This document shows, piece after piece, positions 36,371 to 46,746 of a DNA stretch of 64,000 nt. Origin of the DNA: Candidatus Latescibacterota bacterium (GTDB lineage Bacteria > Latescibacterota > UBA2968 > UBA8231); NCBI GenBank assembly GCA_965223905.1, contig CBDCXV010000011.1, positions 1,792,001 through 1,856,000 on the forward strand, written 5' to 3'. How positions within the stretch are numbered: position 1 is the stretch's first letter; every line of letters starts with the position of its first letter. Both the position numbers and the translations under genes were made by a program. The notes under the pieces are model-generated. The model ran no database searches. It was not told where the DNA came from and saw only the letters and a list, made by a program, of their open reading frames with translations.

Positions 36371-38532
36371 TGCCACCCCGCCTCCTCGCCGTCTCCCTTG
36401 CCCTGCTTGGCTCCCTTCCCGCCGACGCCGCGATGCGGGAGGTGGACCTGCGCGACCTCGACGGCCAGAATGTCGAAGTGAAGCGTATCCGCTTCGTGCA
36501 CCCGCAAGAGAAACCGTTCGGCAATCCCTACCTGCGCACCGCCATGAGGACGCGCGCAGGGGAGCCGTTCCGGCGCCGCTATTTCCGCGACGATCTCGCC
36601 GAACTGGAGAACCTCTACCGCGGGATCGGGTTCCTCGACGTCGACATCGCCCGCAAGGAATACCTCCTCGACGGGAAGGATCGCCTGCACATCCGGCTGT
36701 GGATCGAAAGCGGCCGGCGCTGGAAGCTCGAGGAGGTGGGGGTGTCGATGGAGGAGGCGCACGGGGCGCTGAAAGAGGACCTCGTGCGCACCCTGCGCTC
36801 GCGTGCGGGAGGGTTCTTCGAGTACAAGACCGTCATCGAGGACGAGCGCGCCCTGCTGGCGCTGCTGAACAACAGGGGGTACGCCCATGCCGAGGTGCGC
36901 AACCGCACCGAGCTCGACTCGCAGCGCAAGCTCGCCCGCGTCACCTACGACGTGGCCCCGGGCCGGCGCATGTACTTCGGGGAAATCAGCATCCGCGAGC
37001 GCACCGGGGGAAAACCGCTGCAGACCCGCTCCCGGCTCGTGCGCGGCCTGTTGACCTTCCGCAAGGGGCAGCTGTTCGATCCCCATCAGCTTCGCCTCTC
37101 GCGCAACAACCTGTCGCGAACCGACCTGTTCCGCTCGGTGACCCTGTCGACCCCGGCGGTCGGTCCCGGCGACAGCCTGCAGCCGATCGAAATCTCGCTG
37201 CAGGAGCGCAAATTCATCCACCTCGAGGCCCTCGCATTCTTCAACAACACCGAGCCGGGGGCGGAGACCCGGCTCGAGCACGCCAACTGGCTCGGGAGGG
37301 GGACGCGCATAGGTCTGACGGGAAGCCTCGGGCGTCCGGAACAGGGCGCCAAGTTCGATATCACCGAGCGCGACGTCTTCGAGTCCGGAGCCGATCTGAC
37401 GGTGACGGCAAGTCTCACCGACGAGTGGGGAAAAACCAAGGTATACGCCGATCCCGGTGACTCGACGCAGTTCGCCCTGCTGACCTCCAACGATTCGGTC
37501 CTCAACGGACTGCTGCTGTTGGTCGGCCCTGCGGACGCAGCACAATACATCGAGGCCTCGGAGTACGGCTACCGGTCGATCGAGCGGCTCCGGCAGTTCA
37601 AAAGCACCCTGTCGAAACAGTGGGAGCCGGCCGATGCGGCGCGCTATCACGCCCGCACCGAGCTGAACTGGACGCAGTCGCGGGATCAGCCCGTGCCGGA
37701 CGGCGATATCGACTACTCACCCGGAGACAACGATCCCAGCGATTCCGGCGGTTCCGGACCTGGCTCCACCGATGCAGGCGAGGACGATCTTTCTGGTGAC
37801 GACGGTTTCTTTGGCGACGACAACCCATTCGGGGACGAAGATTCTTCCGGCGACGAGGACGATTCCGGGGGAGAGTGCGCCCCAGGTGACCTCGACTACG
37901 CCTGCGGCTCGATCCCCATCGACAGCACCTGGCACCGCCTGCTGACCGACGAGGCCAACACCCTCAACCTGGAATTCACCTTCAACCGCGATTCCCGGGA
38001 CAACCCGATCTCCCCCTCGAGCGGGACGCTGCTGCACACCAGAGGCCTGTACGCTGTCGAGTTGGGCAGGCAGCCGACACGCGTCCTCGATGGGGAGGTG
38101 GTGTGGGGCTATTACCTGCGTCTCCACCCCAATTTCGTATGGGCGCAGCAATTTCGCGGGCTTCTGACCGCCTCTCTCAGAAAGAACCGCGACCTTCCGA
38201 AAAATTACTGGATCAAGCTCGGCGGCGAAGGCAGCGTCCGCGGGGTCGGCCGCGAACGCATCCAGCCGACGGGGGGCGGGCGCGCCGGCGCCAACGTGCG
38301 CAGCGAACTGCGCATCAACGCCGGCGAGTTCGGGTTCGTCGTCTTCTGGGACCGGGCCGGGGTCTGGCGCCACGCCCGCGAGGCCCGCTGGACGCGCATG
38401 GTGGACGGGTACGGCTTCGGGTTCCGCTACGAGCGCGGCATTCCTTTTCGCTTCGACGTCGGCTGGAGCAGAGACCCGGACAACCGCATCCGCAACCGCA
38501 GCCTCTACTTCTCCATCGGGCAGGCGTTCTGA
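36370..38532 (+). CDS. Omp85 (TamA/BamA) family outer membrane protein
   Basis: TGATG coupling; signal peptide, POTRA motifs (LYRGIGF, LNNRGY..A.V, LSRTDLFRSV), NWLGRG, GGEGSVRG and terminal YFSIGQAF. Confidence 0.88.
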   Translation: MPPRLLAVSLALLGSLPADAAMREVDLRDLDGQNVEVKRIRFVHPQEKPFGNPYLRTAMRTRAGEPFRRRYFRDDLAELENLYRGIGFLDVDIARKEYLLDGKDRLHIRLWIESGRRWKLEEVGVSMEEAHGALKEDLVRTLRSRAGGFFEYKTVIEDERALLALLNNRGYAHAEVRNRTELDSQRKLARVTYDVAPGRRMYFGEISIRERTGGKPLQTRSRLVRGLLTFRKGQLFDPHQLRLSRNNLSRTDLFRSVTLSTPAVGPGDSLQPIEISLQERKFIHLEALAFFNNTEPGAETRLEHANWLGRGTRIGLTGSLGRPEQGAKFDITERDVFESGADLTVTASLTDEWGKTKVYADPGDSTQFALLTSNDSVLNGLLLLVGPADAAQYIEASEYGYRSIERLRQFKSTLSKQWEPADAARYHARTELNWTQSRDQPVPDGDIDYSPGDNDPSDSGGSGPGSTDAGEDDLSGDDGFFGDDNPFGDEDSSGDEDDSGGECAPGDLDYACGSIPIDSTWHRLLTDEANTLNLEFTFNRDSRDNPISPSSGTLLHTRGLYAVELGRQPTRVLDGEVVWGYYLRLHPNFVWAQQFRGLLTASLRKNRDLPKNYWIKLGGEGSVRGVGRERIQPTGGGRAGANVRSELRINAGEFGFVVFWDRAGVWRHAREARWTRMVDGYGFGFRYERGIPFRFDVGWSRDPDNRIRNRSLYFSIGQAF
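37777..37866 (+). repeat. Five degenerate 18-bp in-frame units encoding an acidic loop
   Basis: Units encode GEDDLS, GDDGFF, GDDNPF, GDEDSS and GDEDDS. Confidence 0.6.
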
Positions 38533-38620
38533 GGCGGGATTTTTGCGGTGCGCGCCGGCAGCGGTATATTGAGAAGATCGCGCGGCGATGTTTAGTATCC
38601 GCCACGAGACTCTCACACCC

Positions 38621-38975
38621 GGGGGCGACATGGCTTCGACGGGGGCAGAGAGGTCGAGACAGCGTGCCGAGGTCCCCGACACCTCGTAAATCCCGGGAAC
38701 AACTTCAAGCGCCGACGATAACTCGTACGCTTTGGCTGCCTGAAAAGGCTGCCCGCGGGGGCTGGTGTAGCCTGCGACGCCGGCCCCTGCGACAAGACAG
38801 CAGGCTAGCGGACGGCGCTTTCGTTCACGGGCCGTTCGCGAAACCTGGTGAACTGGCCCCCTGCGGATCCTGTCAGCCGGAGCCACAGGGGGCGAGAATC
38901 AAACGCTGACTACGCACGTAGCGGTCTCGAAGGAACTGCTTTCGGACGCGGGTTCGATTCCCGCCGCCTCCACCA
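38621..38975 (+). ncRNA. ssrA: tmRNA (transfer-messenger RNA)
   Basis: 5' GGGGGCGACATGGCTTCGAC; tag ORF 38711-38743 ADDNSYALAA*; 3' GCGGGTTCGATTCCCGCCGCCTCCACCA with T-arm and Ala acceptor. Confidence 0.97.
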
Positions 38976-38981
38976 TTTTCC

Positions 38982-39019
38982 AGGGCGCAACCTCGGTATG
39001 GGGTTGCGCTCTTTTTTTG
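38982..39019 (+). terminator. Intrinsic terminator of ssrA
   Basis: AGGGCGCAACCT-loop-GGGTTGCGCTCT followed by a T run. Confidence 0.8.
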
Positions 39020-39317
39020 TCCTGTGGCAACAGCCTTGGCGCGGAGGTCATGGTCACCCTGGAGGTCGACGCGGAGATCCTCGACCGGGGCGTCCGAAAA
39101 CGTCCTGCGCACGGTCACCGAGAACAGGCGCACCCTGAAGTTCGCAAACCACGGGTCGAGGAGTCGCGAGCTGACGGTCCGGCGGGACGGTCAGTTGGTA
39201 AATGAGACCTCTCCCTGAACGGGGCAAAGCCGATACAACCCTGCGGCAGGCCGTCGATTTGCGCCCAGTCCTGATTACCGGCGGAGAGTGGACGCCTCGG
39301 GGCTTGGGCCCGCCTCC

Positions 39318-40154
39318 TCACCCTTCCGACTCCTTCACCTCCTCCCAGACTCGGTCCATCTCATCGAGGGAGGCCTCCTCGAGATCGCCCCCGGCGGCGC
39401 GGAAGCGCTCCTCGACGTCGCGGAACCTGCGCTCGAACTTGGCTACCGCCCGCCGCAGCGCCTCTTCGGGGCAGAGGCGCAGGAAGCGGCCGGTGTTGAC
39501 CAGCGCGAACAGCAGGTCGCCCATCTCCTCCTCGACGCGGGCCCGCTCGCCGGGACCCGCAGTTGTATCTCCGGCACCCGAGGTCCTCTCCTTCGCCCCC
39601 AGTTCCCGGCGCAGCTCCTCGAACTCCTCGGCGACCTTGTCGAGCGCGCCCCCCGCATGTTCCCAGTCGAACCCCGTCTTCGAGGCCTTCTCCTGGATCC
39701 GCTGCGCGCGCAGCAGCGCCGGAAGCTCCGCGGGCACGCCGTCGAGGGCGGAAACCGGATGCTCGCGGCTCCCCTCCCGCTCCGATCTCTTGATCCGCTC
39801 CCAGTTGGCAACGACCTCGTCCGCGTCCTCGACCTCTGTGCTGCCGAATACGTGCGGGTGGCGGCGGATCAGCTTGTCGGCGATCGCCGCGGCGACGTCG
39901 TCGATCGTGAAGCGCCCCGCCTCCGCGGCGATCTGGGAATGGAATATCACCTGGAGGAGAACGTCCCCGAGCTCCCCGACGAACTCCCGGTCGCTACCCG
40001 AGTCGATCGCCTCTAACAGTTCGTACGTCTCCTCGAGAAGGAACGGCTTGAGGGTGGCGTGGGTCTGCTCGCGGTCCCAGGGGCAGCCGTCCCGGGCCCG
40101 CAGGCGCGTCATGATCCCCACCAGGCGCTCGATACCCGAGCCTTGCCCGCTCAT
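39318..40154 (-). CDS. mazG: Nucleoside triphosphate pyrophosphohydrolase MazG
   Basis: LR...GCPWDREQTH, EETYEL, ELGDVLLQV.FH, KLIRRHPHVFG, GFDW, EEEMGDLLF, KFERRF. Confidence 0.95.
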   Translation of the reverse strand: MSGQGSGIERLVGIMTRLRARDGCPWDREQTHATLKPFLLEETYELLEAIDSGSDREFVGELGDVLLQVIFHSQIAAEAGRFTIDDVAAAIADKLIRRHPHVFGSTEVEDADEVVANWERIKRSEREGSREHPVSALDGVPAELPALLRAQRIQEKASKTGFDWEHAGGALDKVAEEFEELRRELGAKERTSGAGDTTAGPGERARVEEEMGDLLFALVNTGRFLRLCPEEALRRAVAKFERRFRDVEERFRAAGGDLEEASLDEMDRVWEEVKESEG

Positions 40155-40552
40155 TCCCCTTTCCCCTCTCCTGCCGCAGTTTGCAACTCGGTGTACTTGA
40201 GGTTGCGGCCCCGCACTTTCTCGACCGGGTACCGCTCCGCGGACAGCGCCAGCTTTTCCGCAAGGATCGAGCTCGCGTCCAGTCCGAGATTGGCGCACAT
40301 CAGGAGCACGAAGTAGAGGACGTCGGCCAGCTCGTGGGCGACCAGCCGCCGCTGCCCGGGATCTGCCATCAAGCTTTCGATTTCCTCGTTGCTGCGGAAG
40401 CGGAACTGCTCGAGCAGCTCGGCGGCCTCGATGGCCAGCCCGATGGCCAGGTCCTTGGGAAAATGATACTGGTCCCAGTCGCGGTCGCTGACGAACTCGC
40501 GTACCCGGGCCTTGAGCTCGGCCACAACCGTGCTGTCGTCGTTGAATTCCAT
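40151..40552 (-). CDS. MazG-like nucleotide pyrophosphohydrolase (dCTP pyrophosphatase-like)
   Basis: RDWDQYH.PKDLA..L.IEAAELLE.F, ELADVL, KYTEL. Confidence 0.88.
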   Translation of the reverse strand: MEFNDDSTVVAELKARVREFVSDRDWDQYHFPKDLAIGLAIEAAELLEQFRFRSNEEIESLMADPGQRRLVAHELADVLYFVLLMCANLGLDASSILAEKLALSAERYPVEKVRGRNLKYTELQTAAGEGKGE

Positions 40553-40774
40553 CCGGTCTCCCCTCATCGGTGTAAGGACGAAATCACTGTTGCCATCTTC
40601 CCCGGGACCGCCCTATATTGCCCCTCTGTCTCGTGGCCACGAGGCTTTTTTCCTACCTGAGTTCCACGAAAATACCTCGGTAAACCTTCCTCTCGCGTGC
40701 GACCTGCACCCTCGGCGCGCGGGCTGGCCGGGATTGTTTCGTGCAGCCAATCCACGGGAGGCAGCGGGCGAAAA

Positions 40775-41551
40775 ATGGGAAAGGTCATCGCAATCGCCAA
40801 TCAGAAGGGCGGGGTGGGAAAGACGACGACGGCGGTAAACCTTTCGGCCTGCCTCGCCGCAAACGGACGCAGTACCCTCCTCGTCGATCTCGATCCCCAG
40901 GCAAACGCAACCAGCGGTTGCGAAGCGGGCCTCGAGCAATACGACGGCTCCGTGTACGAAGTTCTGGTCGGCCAGGCCCCGCTCGAGGGCGTGATATGCT
41001 CGAGTGACATTCCCGATCTCGAGTTGGTACCCTCGAACATCAGCCTGGCGGGTGCCGAAGTCGAGATGGCCTCCGTTTTCGGACGCGAAAAGAAGCTCGC
41101 CGAGGCCCTGAAGGAAGTTAAGGAGAACTACGATTTCGTAATCCTCGACTGCCCACCTTCCCTCGGTCTGCTCACGGTCAACGCCCTGTCCGCGGCCGAC
41201 TCGGTGTTGATCCCGGTGCAGTGCGAGTACTACGCTCTCGAGGGCCTGAGCAAGCTGCTCAACTCGGTGCAGCTCGTACAGCGCTACCTCAACCCCGGCC
41301 TCGAAGTGGAGGGGGTCCTGCTGACGATGTACGACGAGCGCCTGCAGCTGTCCAAGCGGGTGGCGGCAGAAGTCAGGTCCTACTTCGAGGACAAGGTTTT
41401 CGACACCCTGATCAAGCGCAACGTCAGTCTTGCCTCGGCTCCCAGCTTCGGCAAGCCCGTCATTCTGCACGAGCCGCGTTCGACCGGAGCCCGGAACTAC
41501 CGCCAGCTCGCCGAAGAGCTCACGACCGCGGCCGGCCCCGACCTCAACTGA
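40775..41551 (+). CDS. parA: ParA/Soj family ATPase
   Basis: IANQKGGVGKTTT, DLDPQANAT, DCPPSLGLLTVNAL, PVQCEYYALEGL, APSFGKP. Confidence 0.93.
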   Translation: MGKVIAIANQKGGVGKTTTAVNLSACLAANGRSTLLVDLDPQANATSGCEAGLEQYDGSVYEVLVGQAPLEGVICSSDIPDLELVPSNISLAGAEVEMASVFGREKKLAEALKEVKENYDFVILDCPPSLGLLTVNALSAADSVLIPVQCEYYALEGLSKLLNSVQLVQRYLNPGLEVEGVLLTMYDERLQLSKRVAAEVRSYFEDKVFDTLIKRNVSLASAPSFGKPVILHEPRSTGARNYRQLAEELTTAAGPDLN

Positions 41552-41619
41552 TCCCCCGGAGACCGGCCACGGGCTTCATCACCGAACCGCGCGGCCGGCA
41601 GCCCACGACGAGGGCGACC

Positions 41620-42378
41620 ATGCATGTCGTCGACAGCCACTGTCACACCGGTCTTCACAAGTACGAGCCGATCGACCACCTGCTGTTCCACATGGACCGC
41701 TCGGAGGTCGACAAGGCAGTGCTCATCCAGTACAACGGCAACAGCGACAACAGTTATCTCGTCGACTGCCTGCGCACCCACCGAGACCGCCTCCAGGGGG
41801 CCATGATCGTGCCTGCGGACGACGACGGCAGCGCCATCCGCAGGTGGGCCGACCAGGGTGTCGGCGGCATCCGCCTGCTCGCCGACTCGCGGGCTTCGTG
41901 CGCCGACCCGCTGGCCCACTGGCGCACCGCGGCCGAGCTCGACCTCGTGGTCAGCGCCTTCTGCTCCCCCGCCAGACTGCTGTCCCCTCGCTTCCGGGAG
42001 GTCGTCGAGACCTTCCCGGAACTTCGCATCGTCATAGAGCACCTAGGCGGCGTCGGCCAGGACGAAAAGCCCCCGTACAGCGAGTTCGCCGAGGTCCTGA
42101 AGCTGGCCTCCAACCCAAACCTGACGATGAAGCTGCCCGGGTTCGGGGAATTCTGCCGGCTCCCGCATCCCTTCCAGGAGGTGCCACCCCTGGCGCGCAT
42201 GGCCCTGGAGGCGTTCGGCCCCAGCCGCCTGATGTGGGGCAGCGACTATCCCCCGGTCAGCTCCCGCGAGGGGTACGACAATTCGCTGACCTTCCCGCGG
42301 GAGTATTTCTCCGACCTCGACGCAGGCGACCGCGACTGGATCTTCGGGGGCACCGCAATCGAGGTCTGGGGACTGTAG
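41620..42378 (+). CDS. Amidohydrolase_2 family protein
   Basis: VVDSHCH, IVIEHLG, FGPSRLMWGSDYPP, IFGGTA. Confidence 0.88.
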   Translation: MHVVDSHCHTGLHKYEPIDHLLFHMDRSEVDKAVLIQYNGNSDNSYLVDCLRTHRDRLQGAMIVPADDDGSAIRRWADQGVGGIRLLADSRASCADPLAHWRTAAELDLVVSAFCSPARLLSPRFREVVETFPELRIVIEHLGGVGQDEKPPYSEFAEVLKLASNPNLTMKLPGFGEFCRLPHPFQEVPPLARMALEAFGPSRLMWGSDYPPVSSREGYDNSLTFPREYFSDLDAGDRDWIFGGTAIEVWGL

Positions 42379-42387
42379 GGCGGGACC

Positions 42388-43325
42388 TCACCCGTCCGGA
42401 GCGACCAACACCGACTTGAGGATGCGCTCGGCTCCCGGTGCCTCGAAATCCGCGTCCGCTTCGGGAGCCGGCCCCGGAGTTGCATCCCTTCCCCTCAGGG
42501 CCTCGGCAACTACCTGTTCGAACCGAAGGGCCGTCCACTTCTCGTAATTGCTGCTGATCAGCATCCTTCCCCGCGGCCGCAGCAGGGCCGCGGCGTCGGC
42601 TAGCAGGGCAGGCAGATCGCGTTCGATGCGGAAAACACCATCTGCCCCGCGAGAGAAAGAGGGCGGGTCGCAGACGATAAGGTCGAACCTCCGACCCCGG
42701 CGCCTGCAGCCGCGCAGGAACAGGCGCGCGTCGACCCCGGCGAACTCGATCAGGGATTCGTCGAGATCGTTGAGGCGGGCGTTTTCTCGGGCCCATTCGA
42801 AATTGGCGCGGCTGGTGTCGACGTTGACGACCTCCGCGGCGCCGCCGCGAGAGGCACACAGCCCGAAGCCGCCGGTGTAGGCGAACAGGTTCAGCACTTT
42901 CCTGCCCCGCGCCTCCCCCAGAATCCATTCGCGGTTGCGCCGCTGGTCGAGAAACAGCCCGGGCGCCTGCCCGCGGTCCGAGCGCAGCAGGTAGGCCAAC
43001 CCGTGCTCCTCCACCCTCCAGACTGAAGGCGCCTCCGCCGAGCTCCAGGTCCGGCTCCGGTTGGGGGCGAAACCCCGATCCGGCATCTCCCGCGCAATCC
43101 AGTGCTCGCAGCCGGCGAGGCGGCAGACTTCCCCGAAGTACTGCATCTGGTGGACCGTTGGCGCCGCCTCGCGGTACCAGTAGAACCAGCAGACCGGCCC
43201 CAGCCGGTCGCAGCGCACGCCGTTTCCGTCGGTATGGATCAGCCGCACGGCCGGAAACCGGCGCAGGGACGGGTCGGCGAGCCGCCGCTCGACCGCCCCC
43301 AGCCAGACCCTGCGGTCGCCCGGAT

Positions 43326-43329
<4 letters not shown>
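42388..43329 (-). CDS. Class I SAM-dependent methyltransferase (RlmI/RlmK-like)
   Basis: GLFLDQRRNR, VLNLFAYTGGF, VDTS, FDLIVCDPPSF. Confidence 0.85.
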
Positions 43330-44276
<947 letters not shown>

Positions 44277-44491
44277 CTTTTCTATCACTGCAATCACCCT
44301 GTGTCGTCGAGTTCCCGTTGCCGTGCACAGCCTCTCGCGGCCCGTGCGAGGGGTCGAGGCCATTCCCCCCGGTACCGGATTTCCGGCAGGCGGCAGCGCC
44401 TCCAAGGCCGGCCGCTCACAGTCTGACGGATGAACCCGCAGGAGTACTCGCGAAAAGGGGGAAAAGCCGGACCGGGGAGGCCAACGGGGGC

Positions 44492-44507
44492 CGGCACGCA
44501 TCTTGCA
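44492..44507 (+). promoter_or_regulatory. Sigma54 (-24/-12) promoter candidate
   Basis: CGGCACGCATCTTGCA has GG-N10-GC with GGCACG and TTGCA intact, about 110 bp upstream of the activator at 44615. Confidence 0.6.
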
Positions 44508-44614
44508 GCGAGCGCACGGAGCATTCCGGGGCGAGGGGCGTCTACCCTCCGCCAGCGGCCGGCTACCGCAGCAGGCCGGGCATCAAGGTCACTTTCGACG
44601 AGGAAGGCCAAGAC

Positions 44615-45652
44615 ATGTCGTATACCGAGATTCAAACCGGGCAGGCGGTAACGGTTCGCAATCCGCCCCTCTCCACCCCGCAGACCGCCAAGGGGGAACC
44701 GGACTTGATGGTGACGGGAAACAGCCGAATGAAGCGGGTCCTCGATGAGCTCGAGCGCATGGCCCGTACGGGGGCGACGGTCCTGATCCAGGGTGAATCT
44801 GGAACCGGGAAGGAGGTGCTGGCGCGGGCGATCCACCGTCGCAGCCCGCGCTCCGGGGGGCCCTTCGTGCGGGTGAATTGCGCATCCCTGCCGGAGGGGA
44901 TCCTGGAAAGCGAGCTCTTCGGCCACGAAAAGGGGGCCTTCACCGGGGCCGTGCGGCAGCGGCCAGGGCGCTTCGAGCTCGCCCACCAGGGGACCATCCT
45001 GCTCGACGAGATCGGGGCCGCCGACGGCAAGGTGCAACAGCGCCTGCTGCGCGTTATCCAGGAACGGGAGTTCGAACGCATCGGCGGCACCCGCACCCTG
45101 TGCACCGATGTCCGCGTCGTCGCGGCGACCAACGTCGACCTGGCCGCGGCGGTGAAGCGCGGAGAATTCCGGGAGGATCTCTACTACCGGCTCAACGTCC
45201 TGCCGATAGAGCTTCCGCCGCTCCGGGACCGCGGCGAGGACATCCCCCTGCTGATCGAGCATTTCCTGGCCCGGTCCGGCCGCCGGAAGGGGCACACCCT
45301 GCGCATCCGGTCCGATGCCGTCGAATGCCTGCAGCAGTACCCCTGGCCGGGAAACATCCGGCAGCTCGAAAACATCCTGGAGCGCATGGTGATTCTCGCG
45401 CGCGGGGAGGAGCTGACCTGCGCCGACATTCCCGCGGAGATCGCCACCTGGCAGGAGCAGGAGGAGTTGGCGGAAATGGGCGCCACCACCTACTGGGATG
45501 CGCGCAAGCAGTTCGAGCGCCGGTTCCTGTGCGGTGCCCTGCGGCGTCACAACGGGGTAATCACCCACGTGGCCGAGGCGATCGGAATCTCGCGCAAGCA
45601 CCTGTACATGCGTCTCGACCAGCTGCGCATCGACTACAGGCGGTATCGATAA
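44615..45652 (+). CDS. Sigma54-dependent activator (AAA+ and Fis HTH) with no N-terminal sensory domain
   Basis: [54 protein letters not shown] and a C-terminal HTH; only about 30 aa precede the AAA domain. Confidence 0.9.
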   Translation: MSYTEIQTGQAVTVRNPPLSTPQTAKGEPDLMVTGNSRMKRVLDELERMARTGATVLIQGESGTGKEVLARAIHRRSPRSGGPFVRVNCASLPEGILESELFGHEKGAFTGAVRQRPGRFELAHQGTILLDEIGAADGKVQQRLLRVIQEREFERIGGTRTLCTDVRVVAATNVDLAAAVKRGEFREDLYYRLNVLPIELPPLRDRGEDIPLLIEHFLARSGRRKGHTLRIRSDAVECLQQYPWPGNIRQLENILERMVILARGEELTCADIPAEIATWQEQEELAEMGATTYWDARKQFERRFLCGALRRHNGVITHVAEAIGISRKHLYMRLDQLRIDYRRYR

Positions 45653-45657
45653 CCGCG

Positions 45658-46746
45658 CTACGGGGTTTCGGGCAACACCGGCATCGCCGCACCACCGCGG
45701 AACTTCTCCAGCTGGGCGAGCAGGTAGTCGTACTGCTCGCCGCCCGGGAGCTCCATCACCAGTGCCAGCTCCATCAGGGCGATGGCACGCTGGCGCTGAC
45801 CGAGCAGGAAAAGCAGCTCGGCGTAGGTGTCGAGAAAGACGACGTTGTCCGGGGCGCTCTTGACTGCGCGCAGCGACAGGTCGAGAGCTCGCTCCAGCTG
45901 CACCCCTTCCTCGGCGTAGAGCCAGGCGAGATTGTTGAGAATCAGCGGCGTCTCCTCCCTTCGAAGGGAGCGCTCGTAGTACTCGATGGCCCGTTGCCGC
46001 GCCCCGATGCCGTAGTAGACCATGGCGATGTGGGAGGCGGTCGCCGCCGGTGCCTGCGAAGCGGACATGGCCTCCTCGAACCGGAGTCCGGCCTTCTCTT
46101 CCAGGCCCTGCCTGAGACGGCATTCCCCGAGCAGCAGCAGGGTGTACTCCTCGTCTTCGCCCGGCAGCGCCTTCTGCAGCACCGCGGCACAGTCCTCGAA
46201 GCGCTCCTGCCGCAGGTATATCCTGCCGAGCTGGACAAGGGCGGAGTCGCGGGCGCCGCTGTCGATGTTGTCGGCCGGTGAGATCGCTTCTTCGAGCAGC
46301 TCCAGGGCCGCCCCCTCTTCATCCAAGCCCCGGTAAGCCCAGCCCAGTCCCGCGCGGACGTGCCAGTTGTCGGGGAAATCCGCGCGCAACTCTCGCAGGG
46401 CGTCCCGCGCCAGGTCGAGGCGATTCTCCTGGAGGCAGATCTCCCGCAGCGTCGCGAACAGGCGGGGGTTGTCCGGATCGATACGGATGGCGCCCTGCAG
46501 CTGCTCCACGGCGCTGTCGACGTCCTCGAGCCCGAGATGGGCGAGGGCGGCCAGCAGCCGCGGCCTCGTCGCCCTCCTCTCCTCGCGCCTCGCTCTCTCC
46601 GCCTCCTGCAAGGCGCGCTCGTAGTACCCCTGCTCGAGAAAGTGACGGGCGAGATGCTCATGGTCGACGGCGGTGCCGCCACAGTGGTTCTCGATGACGA
46701 AAACGCCGGTCAGCGAAAACACCAGCGGCGCAGCGCGCAGCATCAT
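45658..46746 (-). CDS. Tetratricopeptide repeat protein
   Basis: Multiple TPR-like helical pairs; ILNNLAW..AEEG..LERAL..S.RAV...P.N..FLDTYA. Confidence 0.85.
   Translation of the reverse strand: MMLRAAPLVFSLTGVFVIENHCGGTAVDHEHLARHFLEQGYYERALQEAERARREERRATRPRLLAALAHLGLEDVDSAVEQLQGAIRIDPDNPRLFATLREICLQENRLDLARDALRELRADFPDNWHVRAGLGWAYRGLDEEGAALELLEEAISPADNIDSGARDSALVQLGRIYLRQERFEDCAAVLQKALPGEDEEYTLLLLGECRLRQGLEEKAGLRFEEAMSASQAPAATASHIAMVYYGIGARQRAIEYYERSLRREETPLILNNLAWLYAEEGVQLERALDLSLRAVKSAPDNVVFLDTYAELLFLLGQRQRAIALMELALVMELPGGEQYDYLLAQLEKFRGGAAMPVLPETP

Noticed and set aside
38621-38975. tRNA gene or prophage attachment at the TTCGATTCCC...CCA motif
   Set aside because: The motif is the 3' end of tmRNA (tag ORF present); no duplicated 3' end or integrase in the window.
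44280-44310. Second sigma54 promoter for the minus-strand activator
   Set aside because: TTGCA is present but the GG at the required -24 spacing is absent.
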